Below the pieces are notes generated by a model. The model had not been told where the DNA came from. It saw only the letters and a list, made by a program, of their open reading frames with translations, and did no database searches. DNA of 64,000 bases from Vulcanimicrobiota bacterium (lineage in GTDB: Bacteria; Vulcanimicrobiota; Xenobia; Xenobiales; JADMJV01): positions 32,001-96,000 of the forward strand of contig JBFWNU010000001.1 in NCBI GenBank assembly GCA_050250895.1, written 5' to 3'. Position numbers and translations under genes: made by a program. Shown piece after piece: positions 10,044 to 19,071 of this stretch (its first letter is position 1; the number at the start of each line of letters is the position of its first letter).

Positions 10044-10387
10044 CGGTGGCGACGCCGCTCGCTGTGATAGTGGCGGAAGTGGCGCGGCTGCTGGGGCGTG
10101 ACGATCACCGGGCCGACGCCGTAACCCTGGTTGTTGTAGTAACCGTAGTTGGTCTGGCCGTATCCGTAGTAATAAGAGTTGTCGTAGTAGTTGCCGTTGG
10201 CATAGAAGCCCTGGTTGCCGTAGTACGGCGGCACCTGAACGGTGACGGTGGTACGCGAGGCCGAAACGGGCGGTCCCATAGCGCTCGAGGGCCCGACCAT
10301 CACTTTCGAGCCGGGAGCGTCCAGGGTCTGGGCGGCAGCCGGACCGATGAGGGCGAGTAGAATTGTCAGTGCTAGTAAATGTCTCAT
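10040..10387 (-). CDS. Small secreted Tyr/Asn/Gly-rich hypothetical protein
   Basis: Signal peptide MRHLLALTILLALIGPAAA; GGAGG SD upstream; YYGNQGFYANGNYYDNSYYYGYG tract. Confidence 0.65.
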   Translation of the reverse strand: MRHLLALTILLALIGPAAAQTLDAPGSKVMVGPSSAMGPPVSASRTTVTVQVPPYYGNQGFYANGNYYDNSYYYGYGQTNYGYYNNQGYGVGPVIVTPQQPRHFRHYHSERRRHR

Positions 10388-10489
10388 TTTGCCTCCGGTT
10401 CCATCCTATCCTATTGTCATTATGAAACCATTGCTAAAATGTTAAACCGCACGATAGGCCAACAAGTTCCGCCTAGCGAAGCGGTGTAG

Positions 10490-10918
10490 GTGAGCTTCAA
10501 TCAGGAACTCCTGCGCCACAGGGCAGCGGAGATCAGAGAAAACGCTGCTTTGCTCGAGAAAGCCGCGCTCGGTGGCGTCGACGACTTTCTCGCCGACCGG
10601 GACAAGCAAGATGCGACGATGTTCCGCCTGATAGTTGCCATCGAAGCTTGCCAAGCCATCTGCGCCCATCTGGCCGCCAGGCTCGCCACAGCAGCTCCGA
10701 GTTCTATGAGCGATTGTTTCGAGCGACTCGCTGCCGCGGGCGTCTACAGTGAAGACCTGGCTCAGCGCCTGGCTCAAATGGCGCGCTTTCGCAACTTGCT
10801 GGTGCACCGGTATTGGGTGGTGGATCTAGGGATGGTCCACGATTTTCTGGCCACCGGGTTGAGTGATTTCAGCGAATATCTCGAGGCCGTTGCCAAGGTT
10901 GTAGGAGAGGACCTGTGA
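10490..10918 (+). CDS. HEPN (DUF86/HepT-like) ribonuclease toxin
   Basis: RxxxxH motif FRNLLVHRY; AIEACQAIC helix; 142 aa; overlaps an MNT gene. Confidence 0.85.
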   Translation: MSFNQELLRHRAAEIRENAALLEKAALGGVDDFLADRDKQDATMFRLIVAIEACQAICAHLAARLATAAPSSMSDCFERLAAAGVYSEDLAQRLAQMARFRNLLVHRYWVVDLGMVHDFLATGLSDFSEYLEAVAKVVGEDL

Positions 10919-11307
10919 GCTACCCGTCAGAGGTTCTGGGCCCGGCTCTTACGCGGCTCGGGCCGGTGTTGGAGGAATGTCCCTTCCCTATCGTCATTTT
11001 GATGGGCTCGGCCGCTGAGGGTCGGCCCTTTCGCGACCTGGATCTCGCCTTTCTGTCAACAGGCTCGCCGTCGCTTACGGAAGTGCTGGTCTGGGGTGGC
11101 CGATTCGAGCGAGCGGCTGGTGTGCCGGTGGACCTGACTCCCCTCTCGGCGAGTTCGCTGGGCTTTCAATACGAGGCTACAAAGGGTCGAGTACTGCTCT
11201 GTCGCGACCCTGAGATGCTAGCCGATTGGAAGGAGCGTACCTGGCGCACTTACTTCGACCAGGAGCATCATTTCAGGGCTCACGCCCGCGATATCCTTAC
11301 TCGATGA
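10915..11307 (+). CDS. Minimal nucleotidyltransferase (MntA-like antitoxin)
   Basis: GSAAEGRPFRDLDLAF and VPVDL motifs; GTGA overlap with HEPN gene. Confidence 0.8.
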   Translation: MSYPSEVLGPALTRLGPVLEECPFPIVILMGSAAEGRPFRDLDLAFLSTGSPSLTEVLVWGGRFERAAGVPVDLTPLSASSLGFQYEATKGRVLLCRDPEMLADWKERTWRTYFDQEHHFRAHARDILTR

Positions 11308-11553
11308 GTGGCCTCTAGCCCCACATGCTGGCGCCGAGGATAGCTAGCTCGACATCATTGGTCGAAGGCCCTGCCTGGCTTCCATCGCGGCTGGCCGTCC
11401 ACAGGTCGACGTGTTTGTAGTCGCTCAACATTGGGCCACCTTACCTTCCACGCCGAGCCGAATCAGTGATCATGGTCACCGAAGGGGTGGTTCGAGGAGT
11501 GGCTTCGGGAGCTTTTGCGAGGCTTGCCTCGGCGCGCGGGGGGCCGGGCTCGT

Positions 11554-11680
11554 GGGGTTCACCCCGAGAATCGCGGTGTGAAGGTCGAATTCGGGGGTTC
11601 ACCCCGAGAAATCGCGGTGTGAAGGTCGGTTTCGGGGGTTCACCCCGAGAATCGCGGTGTGAAGCGGGTTTCGGGGGGGC
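11554..11680. repeat. Three tandem ~40-bp palindromic units
   Basis: GGGGTTCACCCCGAGAATCGCGGTGTGAAG... at about 11554, 11594 and 11635. Confidence 0.9.
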
Positions 11681-11809
11681 TTTGCCAGGCGGAGCGCCGG
11701 GGGCCTGGGCTCTGCCTCGCTCGCGTCAGGCTGGGCTGGGACTGAGCTTGCCGGGCTGTGGCCGGGCGCGCCGGCTCGCGGCTCTAGCCAGGCTGGGCCG
11801 GGGCCGGCC

Positions 11810-13663
11810 CTAGAGCGCCTCGGCGAGCAGCGCCAGCACCCGCTCCACCGCCTCCTCGACGCTCAGCGCGCGGGTATCGAGGCGAAGTTCGGGGTGACTG
11901 GGAACCTCATAGGGCGAACTCACGCCGGTGAACTCTTGGATCACGTTCTGGTCGACCAGTTTGTAGAGGCCCTTAGGATCCCGCTGGCGGCAGGTCTCGA
12001 GGTCACAATCTACGTGAATCTCGACAAAGCGCCCCTCGGGCACCAGGCTGCGCGCAAAGGCGCGGTCAGCCGCGAAGGGAGAGATCAGGCTGCATAGCAC
12101 GATCTGCCCGTGCAGATAAGCCAATCGAGCCACTTCGGCAACTCGCCGGATGTTCTCGCTGCGGTCCTCGGGTGAAAAACCGAGGTCGCTATTGAGACCG
12201 TGCCGCAAGTTATCTCCATCCAGGAACATAGTCGAACGACCGGCCTCGAACAGACGGCGTTCCAGGCCTCGTGCGATGGTCGACTTGCCCGAGCCCGACA
12301 GGCCCGTAAACCAGACCACGGCGGCCCGATGCCCATAACGGTGCTCGCGGTCGTGCAGCGGCACGGCGCCCGCTTGATAGATCACGTTAGTGGCCCGCTG
12401 CACCCTATGCGGAGTAACATCCTCGATGGAAGACGCGGCCCCGCGAATCATGCCGGCGGCCACCGTCGAGTTGGTATCGAGGTCGACCAGCACGAAGTTG
12501 CCCGTGGCGCGGTTGGTGCGGTAGTGGTCGAAGAAAAGAGGGGCCGTGGTCACCAGTTGGGCCCGGCCGATCTCGTTGAGGCCCAGGGTCGGCGACTGCA
12601 CCCGATGCATGCTATTGACGTCGATTTGATAGGTGAGTTCCTCGACGTAGCACCGCACCTCGCGAGTGGTGTGCATCAACCGATACGGGCTGCCCAGCTT
12701 CATCGGGTGCTCGCTCAGCCAGCACAGGGTCACATCGAGGTGAGAACTCACCTGAGGAAGGTTTCTTGTCCGCACCAGCATCGACCCGCGACTGACATCA
12801 AGCTCGTCTTCGAGGGTCAACACCACCGAGTCGCCAGCCACGGCCTCTTGCAAAGGGCCATCGTAGGTCATGACCGATTTCACCCGGGTGCGTTGACCGG
12901 TGGGCAGCTCGACCACATCGTCTCCGGGTCGAATGCGCCCCGAGCTGACCTGACCTGCAAAGCCGCGAAAATCCTGGTTCGGTCGCAGCACCGTCTGAAC
13001 GGGAAAGCGAAAATCCACGATGTTGCGCGAGACTCCGACACTGACGCGCTCGAGAAAGTTGAGCAGCGTGGGGCCGTCATACCAGGGCGTGTTCTGACTG
13101 CGATGAGCCACGTTGTCGCCGCGCAGGGCCGAAATGGGGACATAAGTGACGTTGGCGGCCTCGAGGCGCGAAGCGAACGCCTGGAACTCTTCGCTGATGG
13201 AGTTGAAGACACGCTGATCAAAGTCGAGCAGGTCCATCTTGTTGATGGCCACGAGCAGGTGAGGTATGCCCAGCAAGGTCGAAATAAAGGCGTGGCGCCG
13301 GGTTTGGGTGGTGATGCCTTTGCGAGCGTCCACCAACAAAATGGCAAGCTCGGCCGTCGAGGCGCCCGTCACCATGTTGCGAGTGTACTGCTCGTGGCCC
13401 GGCGTGTCGGCAATGATGAACTTGCGCCGCGGTGTGCTGAAATAGCGATAGGCGACGTCGATGGTGATCTTTTGCTCGCGCTCGGCCCGCAGGCCATCGG
13501 TCACCAGGGCCAGGTCGATCTCCTCGTCGCCACGCGAACGGCTGGCCTCCTCCACCGCCTCCCAGGTATCCTCGAAAAGCGATTTGGTATCGTGCAGCAG
13601 CCGCCCGATGAGGGTGCTCTTGCCGTCGTCGACACTGCCGGCCGTGGTGAAACGAAGAAACAT
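11810..13663 (-). CDS. cysNC: Bifunctional sulfate adenylyltransferase subunit 1 / adenylylsulfate kinase
   Basis: GSVDDGKSTLIGRLL, DTPGHEQYTRNM, NKMD; C-terminal WFTGLSGSGKST, LDGDNLRHGL, RDPKGLY. Confidence 0.95.
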   Translation of the reverse strand: MFLRFTTAGSVDDGKSTLIGRLLHDTKSLFEDTWEAVEEASRSRGDEEIDLALVTDGLRAEREQKITIDVAYRYFSTPRRKFIIADTPGHEQYTRNMVTGASTAELAILLVDARKGITTQTRRHAFISTLLGIPHLLVAINKMDLLDFDQRVFNSISEEFQAFASRLEAANVTYVPISALRGDNVAHRSQNTPWYDGPTLLNFLERVSVGVSRNIVDFRFPVQTVLRPNQDFRGFAGQVSSGRIRPGDDVVELPTGQRTRVKSVMTYDGPLQEAVAGDSVVLTLEDELDVSRGSMLVRTRNLPQVSSHLDVTLCWLSEHPMKLGSPYRLMHTTREVRCYVEELTYQIDVNSMHRVQSPTLGLNEIGRAQLVTTAPLFFDHYRTNRATGNFVLVDLDTNSTVAAGMIRGAASSIEDVTPHRVQRATNVIYQAGAVPLHDREHRYGHRAAVVWFTGLSGSGKSTIARGLERRLFEAGRSTMFLDGDNLRHGLNSDLGFSPEDRSENIRRVAEVARLAYLHGQIVLCSLISPFAADRAFARSLVPEGRFVEIHVDCDLETCRQRDPKGLYKLVDQNVIQEFTGVSSPYEVPSHPELRLDTRALSVEEAVERVLALLAEAL

Positions 13664-14568
13664 CAGAAATAGCCCAGCCGCTTGCGGTCTTCCATGGCCG
13701 CCGACGAGCGCCGATCGTCGGCCCGCCCGCCACGCTCGGTGAGGCGAGCCTGGGCAACCTCAGCCACGATCTCTTCGATGGTAGACGCCGTCGACTCGGT
13801 GGCCCCGGTGCACGTAATGTCGCCGATGGTGCGAAAGCGAATGGTCACCAGTTCGACCTCTTCGCCCGCCAGCGGCCTCACCCACTCGCTATGGGCCAGA
13901 ATCGTTCCCCCGGTGCGAACGACCTCGCGCTGGTGGGAGAAATACAAAGAGGGAAGCTCGATCTGCTTGGCCTGAATGTAGCGCCAGACGTCGAGTTCGG
14001 TCCAGTTGCTCAGAGGAAACACCCGAAAATGCTCGCCGGGAGCCTTGTGTCCGTTGTAAAGGCTCCACAACTCGGGTCGCTGGTTCTTGGGGTCCCACTG
14101 GCCGAACCGGTCGCGGTGCGAGAACACCCGCTCCTTGGCCCTGGCCTTCTCCTCATCCCGACGTCCTCCACCGAAACAGGCATCGAAACGAAACTCGGCC
14201 ACAGCGTCAAGCAAAGTCACCGTTTGGGCGGCATTGCGGCTGGGCCGCGCGCCCCCTTCCTCGGCCACTCGCCCTTTGTCGATAGAGTCCTGGACCGTCC
14301 TGACGATCAGGTCCACCCCCAACTCGTGGGCGAAGCGGTCGCGAAAGGCGATGGTCTCGTCGAAATTGTGGCCGGTGTCGATATGCATCATGGGAAAGGG
14401 CAAGCGGGCGGGAAAGAAAGCCCGGCGGGCCAGATGGGCCATCAAGATGGAGTCTTTGCCTCCCGAGAACAACAGCACCGGCCGCTCGAACTGGGCGACC
14501 GCCTCGCGAAAGATGTAGATGGCCTCGGACTCGAGCTGCTCGAGGTCGCCACGCACGGTCAACTGCAT
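13663..14568 (-). CDS. cysD: Sulfate adenylyltransferase subunit 2
   Basis: FSGGKDS, IDTGHNF, GGRRDEEKARAKER, WDPKNQRPELW, MEDRKRLGYF. Confidence 0.95.
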   Translation of the reverse strand: MQLTVRGDLEQLESEAIYIFREAVAQFERPVLLFSGGKDSILMAHLARRAFFPARLPFPMMHIDTGHNFDETIAFRDRFAHELGVDLIVRTVQDSIDKGRVAEEGGARPSRNAAQTVTLLDAVAEFRFDACFGGGRRDEEKARAKERVFSHRDRFGQWDPKNQRPELWSLYNGHKAPGEHFRVFPLSNWTELDVWRYIQAKQIELPSLYFSHQREVVRTGGTILAHSEWVRPLAGEEVELVTIRFRTIGDITCTGATESTASTIEEIVAEVAQARLTERGGRADDRRSSAAMEDRKRLGYF

Positions 14569-14633
14569 GCGGCCCCCGTTCCTGACACCTGCTGGCACTC
14601 CTCCCCCGAAGGCGTAGCCTCTCGTGCCCCGAA

Positions 14634-15119
14634 GTGAAAGCGATGATCCGCCGCCTGCAAGCCGACGAAGTCGAGGCCCTCAAGGCTATCCGCCTCGAGT
14701 CGCTGGCCACCGACCCGGCCGCCTTCTGCTCGACCTTCGACGGCGAATCGGCCCTGCCCGAGGCCGAGTGGGAGGCCCGCGCCCTTCGCGGGGCCGAGTC
14801 CGAGAGCCAGGCCGTCTTCGTGCTCGACCTCGGGCAGCTACGCGGAATCCTGGGCGTGGTGCTGGTCGAACCCGACCACGCCGACCTCTGGGGAGTGTTC
14901 GTCGCCCCCGACGCCCGCGGCCACGGCTGGGCCCGTCAACTGGTCGAGGCCGGCCTGGCCTGGGCCCGTCAGGCCGGCGCCACCCACATCACCCTCGAAG
15001 CCAACGCCGCCCTGGCGCCAGCCCTGGCCCTCTACCACGCCACCGGCTTCCAGCTCGACGGCCGCCGCCGCCAACTGGGGGACAAAGACCTGGTCGGCTT
15101 CACCAGAACCTTTCCCTAG
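14634..15119 (+). CDS. GNAT family N-acetyltransferase
   Basis: VFVAPDARGHGWARQLV acetyl-CoA motif; ALALYHATGF. Confidence 0.85.
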   Translation: MKAMIRRLQADEVEALKAIRLESLATDPAAFCSTFDGESALPEAEWEARALRGAESESQAVFVLDLGQLRGILGVVLVEPDHADLWGVFVAPDARGHGWARQLVEAGLAWARQAGATHITLEANAALAPALALYHATGFQLDGRRRQLGDKDLVGFTRTFP

Positions 15120-15260
15120 GCTCGCTCAGTTCGAGGCTACAGGTCGATGGCGAACGAATCTGTCTAGAAAGTTCACAATTCCATCGACGGGAGCCCCGGA
15201 GCCCTCCGAGAAGAGGCACCAATTCCGGTTGTCGACACTGACGACCGTGATTGGAGCGCC

Positions 15261-16262
15261 ATGTCAAAACGTCACGATCGCTTGTTCAAAGAGCTGCTGA
15301 CCCTCTTTCTCTACGAATTCCTCGAGTTGTTCCTGGCCGAAATCGCCGAGGCCATCGACCCGGCCTGGATCGAGTTCTTCGACAAGGAAATGTTCACGGA
15401 ACTTGGCCTTGGTGACCGCCGCGAGGCCGATCTGGTGGCTCGTGTCGCTATCGACGGAAGACCCGCCTTCTGCCTGGTTCACGTCGAGCACCAGGCTCAG
15501 CACGACGAGGTCTTCGCCCGCCGGATGTTTCGCTACTGGAACATCCTCTACGAGCGCTACGACCTGCCGGTCTATCCCATCGCCGTTTTCTCATACTCCA
15601 CCAGGCTGGCTATTCCAGAAGGATACGAAGTTACCACCCTTGGCTTCACCCCAGTTGCATTCAGGTTCCGGGCGATTCACCTCAAGCGGCTTGCTTGGCG
15701 TGACTTCGCCCGCCACGAGAACCCCGTGGCAGCCGCTCTCATGGCCAGAATGAAAATACCCAAACGCGAGCGTGCGAGGGTGAAGCTGGCCTGTTTACGG
15801 CTGCTGGCCAACCTCAATATTGACAGGGCTCGTTCCTTCTACGTGGCCCACTTCGTGGAACAGTATCTACGACTCAATCCGCAGGAAGAACAAGAATTCT
15901 CTGCCGAAATAGAGAGTATCGCTCCTCAAGAAAGGGAGGCAGTCAGGAAGGTTACCAACAGTTGGTTCGAGCGCGGGCTTGAACAAGGCCTCGAGCAGGG
16001 ACGAGCACAAGGCCTGGAGCAGGGCCGTGAACAAGGCCTGGAGCAGGGTCTTCAAAAGGGACTCGAACGGGGCCGTCAGGCCATGCGTGAGTCTGCCTCG
16101 AAAATCCTCGAGAAGCGGTTCGGACCAATTCACCCCGACCTAAGAAGAGCGCTCGAGGCAGTGAAAGACGACGCCCAGCTCTCTTTGGCCATCGTGGCCG
16201 CGACCGAGGTGACCTCGTCAGCGGAGTTCCTGAAGCGTCTCTCGACGAGCAACCTCGACTGA
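15261..16262 (+). CDS. Rpn family recombination-promoting nuclease / PD-(D/E)XK putative transposase
   Basis: HDRLFKELL, ADLV, VHVEHQ, RMFRY; GLEQG repeat tract then LEKRFG C-terminal domain. Confidence 0.85.
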   Translation: MSKRHDRLFKELLTLFLYEFLELFLAEIAEAIDPAWIEFFDKEMFTELGLGDRREADLVARVAIDGRPAFCLVHVEHQAQHDEVFARRMFRYWNILYERYDLPVYPIAVFSYSTRLAIPEGYEVTTLGFTPVAFRFRAIHLKRLAWRDFARHENPVAAALMARMKIPKRERARVKLACLRLLANLNIDRARSFYVAHFVEQYLRLNPQEEQEFSAEIESIAPQEREAVRKVTNSWFERGLEQGLEQGRAQGLEQGREQGLEQGLQKGLERGRQAMRESASKILEKRFGPIHPDLRRALEAVKDDAQLSLAIVAATEVTSSAEFLKRLSTSNLD

Positions 16263-16277
16263 ATGGGCTTCGATACC

Positions 16278-16880
16278 GCGCCTCGGCGGTTTCCAAGATC
16301 GAGCGCCCACCCCACGCCCCACGCGACCCTCTCCGTGGCCTCCTAATCTCCGCGTTCATCCCCCAAGCGCCCACTGGCGAGCCACCCCAACTCGACGGGT
16401 ATCCAACCTCCGTCGCACTCGATGAGCCAGCCACGCCGTCGCCCCACGCCCCTCCACCCAAACCCTCAAGCCGTCTCACGACCGGCCACCGATCATCAGA
16501 GAGGCCGCCGCGCCGCAACCCCTACAACCTCTGCGTCTCGGCGCCTCGGCGGTTTCCAAGATCGAGCGCCCACCCCACGCCTCCTGATCTCCGTGTTCAT
16601 CCCCCAAGCGCCCACTGGCGAGCCACCCCGACCCGACGGGTATCCAACCTTAGTCGCACCTCGATGAGCCCGCCACGCCGTCGCCCCACCACCCAAACCC
16701 TCAAGCCGCCTCACGACAGGCCACCCAACATCAAGGAGGTCCCCGCCCAGCAACCCATACAACCTCGGCGCCTCGGCGGTAAAACCAACGGCGCCACCCC
16801 CAACCAACTCGAAGCGTTCCAGCCCCAAGCCACCCAGGTCGGCCCGACGCTCACCCCCCCCGCGGAACTCCGCGGTTAAC
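16278..16880. repeat. Degenerate tandem 230-260-bp repeat (two copies plus start of a third), C-rich top strand
   Basis: GCGCCTCGGCGGT at 16278, 16541, 16768; shared blocks TTCATCCCCCAAGCGCCCACTGGCGAGCCACCCC and GACGGGTATCCAACC in the first two copies. Confidence 0.9.
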
Positions 16881-16909
16881 CTCATCGCCCCCTCGGCCGT
16901 AAAGCCCCC

Positions 16910-18232
16910 CTAAAGGAGCAAAGCCACCCCAAAGACCACCCCCGTCGTGAACAACACCGGGATGGTATAGCCGATGAGCTGGCGCGCTTCCAGGCCGGTA
17001 ATCGCTAGCAGAGGTAGGGCCCAGAAGGGCTGCAGCAGGTTGGTCCACTGATCGCCGTAAGCGATGGCCATGATCGCCTCGGGCTGGGCCAGGCCCAGGC
17101 GCGAGGCGGCCTCGACCACGATGGGGCCCTGGACGATCCACTGGCCGCCCCCGCTGGGGACGAACATGTTGACCAGCCCCGCCGACAGGAAGGTCAATAG
17201 GTAGAACACCTGGACACCGGTGGCCTGAAAGACCGACTGCGAGATGGTCACAAAAGCCGAAGCGATCAGCATGATCAGGCCGGCCGACTTCATGATGCCC
17301 ATGATGCCGGCGTAAAACGGAAACTGCAGCACGATACCGGCCACGCCTCCCGCGCCATCGGCGATGGCCTCGGCATAGGCTTTAGGCGAAGCGTGCAGGG
17401 CCAGGCCCAGCACCAGAAAGGCTAGATTGACCGTATTCAAGCCCGGGCTGAAGGGGCGGCTCAAGAGCCAGATGGTGCCGAGAAGGACGACCGCGAAAGC
17501 CAGCAACGGCGAGTGCTCGAGGCGCTCGGCCGGGGTTTGCTCGACCTGGGCGGGGGCCGGTGGCTCGGGTGGAGCCGCAGGGCACTCTTCGGGGTCTTCG
17601 GGCTGGAGATAGACCAGGGTCAGCGGGATCACTACCAGCAACACCAGCGTCACCACCAGGTTGCGAGGGGAGAGGATGGTCTGGCTGATAGGCACGACGC
17701 CTAAAATGTCGACCATCGAGTGTTGGGCCTCGGCCACCGTCAGCGGCGCCGAGCCCGACAGCCCGCCGTGCCAGATGCCCAGACCCGTATAGCCGGCGGC
17801 CCCCAGCAGGGGGTAGTGCACGGCCACTCCCCGGCGGCGGCAGTCGCGGCCAACATCGCGGGCCAGCAGGGCTCCGACGATCAGGCCGAAGCCCCAGTTG
17901 ACCCAGGCGGCAAGACATGCCGACACTGCCACCAACGCGATGGCCTGCGAAGAAGTGCGAGGCACTCCCACCAGCGCGGCCAGCAGTTTGCGGACCGGGC
18001 CGGCCTGAGTCAGCGCGTGACCGGTGACCAGAATCACGCACATCTGCATGCTAAAAGAGAGGAACTCCCAGAAGCCGTCGCCCCAGAAGCCGATCACCTC
18101 GACCAGGCCGTGGCCGGTTGCCACCAGGGCGGCCAGCAGGGTGACCAGGGTCAGCAGGATCGCGAATACGAAGGGGTCGGGCATGAATCGCCGGGCGAAC
18201 CGGTCGAAAAGCTGACCGACCCGGGCGATCAC
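16910..18232 (-). CDS. atoE: Short-chain fatty acid transporter (AtoE/TIGR00366 family)
   Basis: MPDPFVFAILLT, WHGGLSGSAPL, LQFPFYAGIMG, VPSGGGQW, GDQWTNLLQPFWALP. Confidence 0.9.
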   Translation of the reverse strand: MIARVGQLFDRFARRFMPDPFVFAILLTLVTLLAALVATGHGLVEVIGFWGDGFWEFLSFSMQMCVILVTGHALTQAGPVRKLLAALVGVPRTSSQAIALVAVSACLAAWVNWGFGLIVGALLARDVGRDCRRRGVAVHYPLLGAAGYTGLGIWHGGLSGSAPLTVAEAQHSMVDILGVVPISQTILSPRNLVVTLVLLVVIPLTLVYLQPEDPEECPAAPPEPPAPAQVEQTPAERLEHSPLLAFAVVLLGTIWLLSRPFSPGLNTVNLAFLVLGLALHASPKAYAEAIADGAGGVAGIVLQFPFYAGIMGIMKSAGLIMLIASAFVTISQSVFQATGVQVFYLLTFLSAGLVNMFVPSGGGQWIVQGPIVVEAASRLGLAQPEAIMAIAYGDQWTNLLQPFWALPLLAITGLEARQLIGYTIPVLFTTGVVFGVALLL

Positions 18233-19071
18233 TTCAATTCGACCACTTCGCCCTCACGGGCGATGAAGGCGTCCAAATCGAGGGATTGTAGCTCGGCGGC
18301 GATGCGATCCAGGGCGGCGTCCTCGCGCCCCGGGTCATGGTGGTAAATGGCCAGACGGCGTGCCTGGGCCAGACGAGCCATCTCGACCGCCTCGCCGCAG
18401 GTTGAGTGGCCCCAATCGCGCTTGGACTCTCGCTCTTCGTCGAGAAATTGACCATCGTGAATGAGCAGGTCGACGCCCCGCACGAAATCGGCCACCTCGG
18501 GCCATCGCGACGGCCCTCCGGCATACTCGACATCGGTCAAATAACCCAGCGAAAGGTCGCCACATTCGACCCGATAGCCAGCCACCACGTTGTCGCTGCT
18601 GCGCGGCACCAGCATGGCCTTGACACGGACCGAGCCGAAGACGAGGTCGTGCTCGGGATATTCGTGCAGGGCCACGGTAGCCCCGATGTCGTCGCGCAAG
18701 AAGAAATTGGGCACCGGGCAATAGTCGGTCTCCATCTGGCGCAAGAGATTGTCGCGCAGAGAGAGGGTGCGACCGCCATAGCCCCAGATGTCGACCCGAT
18801 TCCCGGGGATGTACATGAGTGGAGCGAAGGGGATGCCCTGGATATGGTCCCAGTGGCAGTGGGCCAGGAACAACGCCAGGTGGTGCGATTTTCCGGGTTC
18901 GCTCTCGAGCAGATGGCTGCCCAGCCAGCGAAAGCCCATGCCAGCGTCGAGCACGATCGCGGGTGCTCCCGGGCAGCGCAGTAGCACGCACAAAGTGTTG
19001 CCGCCGTAGCCCAGATAGGCCTCGTCCGGGGTGGAGATCATTCCCCGGACCCCCCAGAACTCTACGCGCAC
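18229..19071 (-). CDS. MBL-fold metallohydrolase
   Basis: FWGVRG, GGNT, DAG, HCHWDHIQGIPF, WGHS, HHDP. Confidence 0.9.
   Translation of the reverse strand: MRVEFWGVRGMISTPDEAYLGYGGNTLCVLLRCPGAPAIVLDAGMGFRWLGSHLLESEPGKSHHLALFLAHCHWDHIQGIPFAPLMYIPGNRVDIWGYGGRTLSLRDNLLRQMETDYCPVPNFFLRDDIGATVALHEYPEHDLVFGSVRVKAMLVPRSSDNVVAGYRVECGDLSLGYLTDVEYAGGPSRWPEVADFVRGVDLLIHDGQFLDEERESKRDWGHSTCGEAVEMARLAQARRLAIYHHDPGREDAALDRIAAELQSLDLDAFIAREGEVVELK

Noticed and set aside
12200-13672. 490-aa plus-strand ORF and similar long antisense ORFs (e.g. 27950-29170, 38419-39639, 40605-41765)
   Set aside because: Shadows of well-supported genes on the opposite strand, expected at high GC
15261-16262. Rpn gene as an insertion sequence
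   Set aside because: No terminal inverted repeats or target duplication seen; Rpn proteins are not demonstrated transposases
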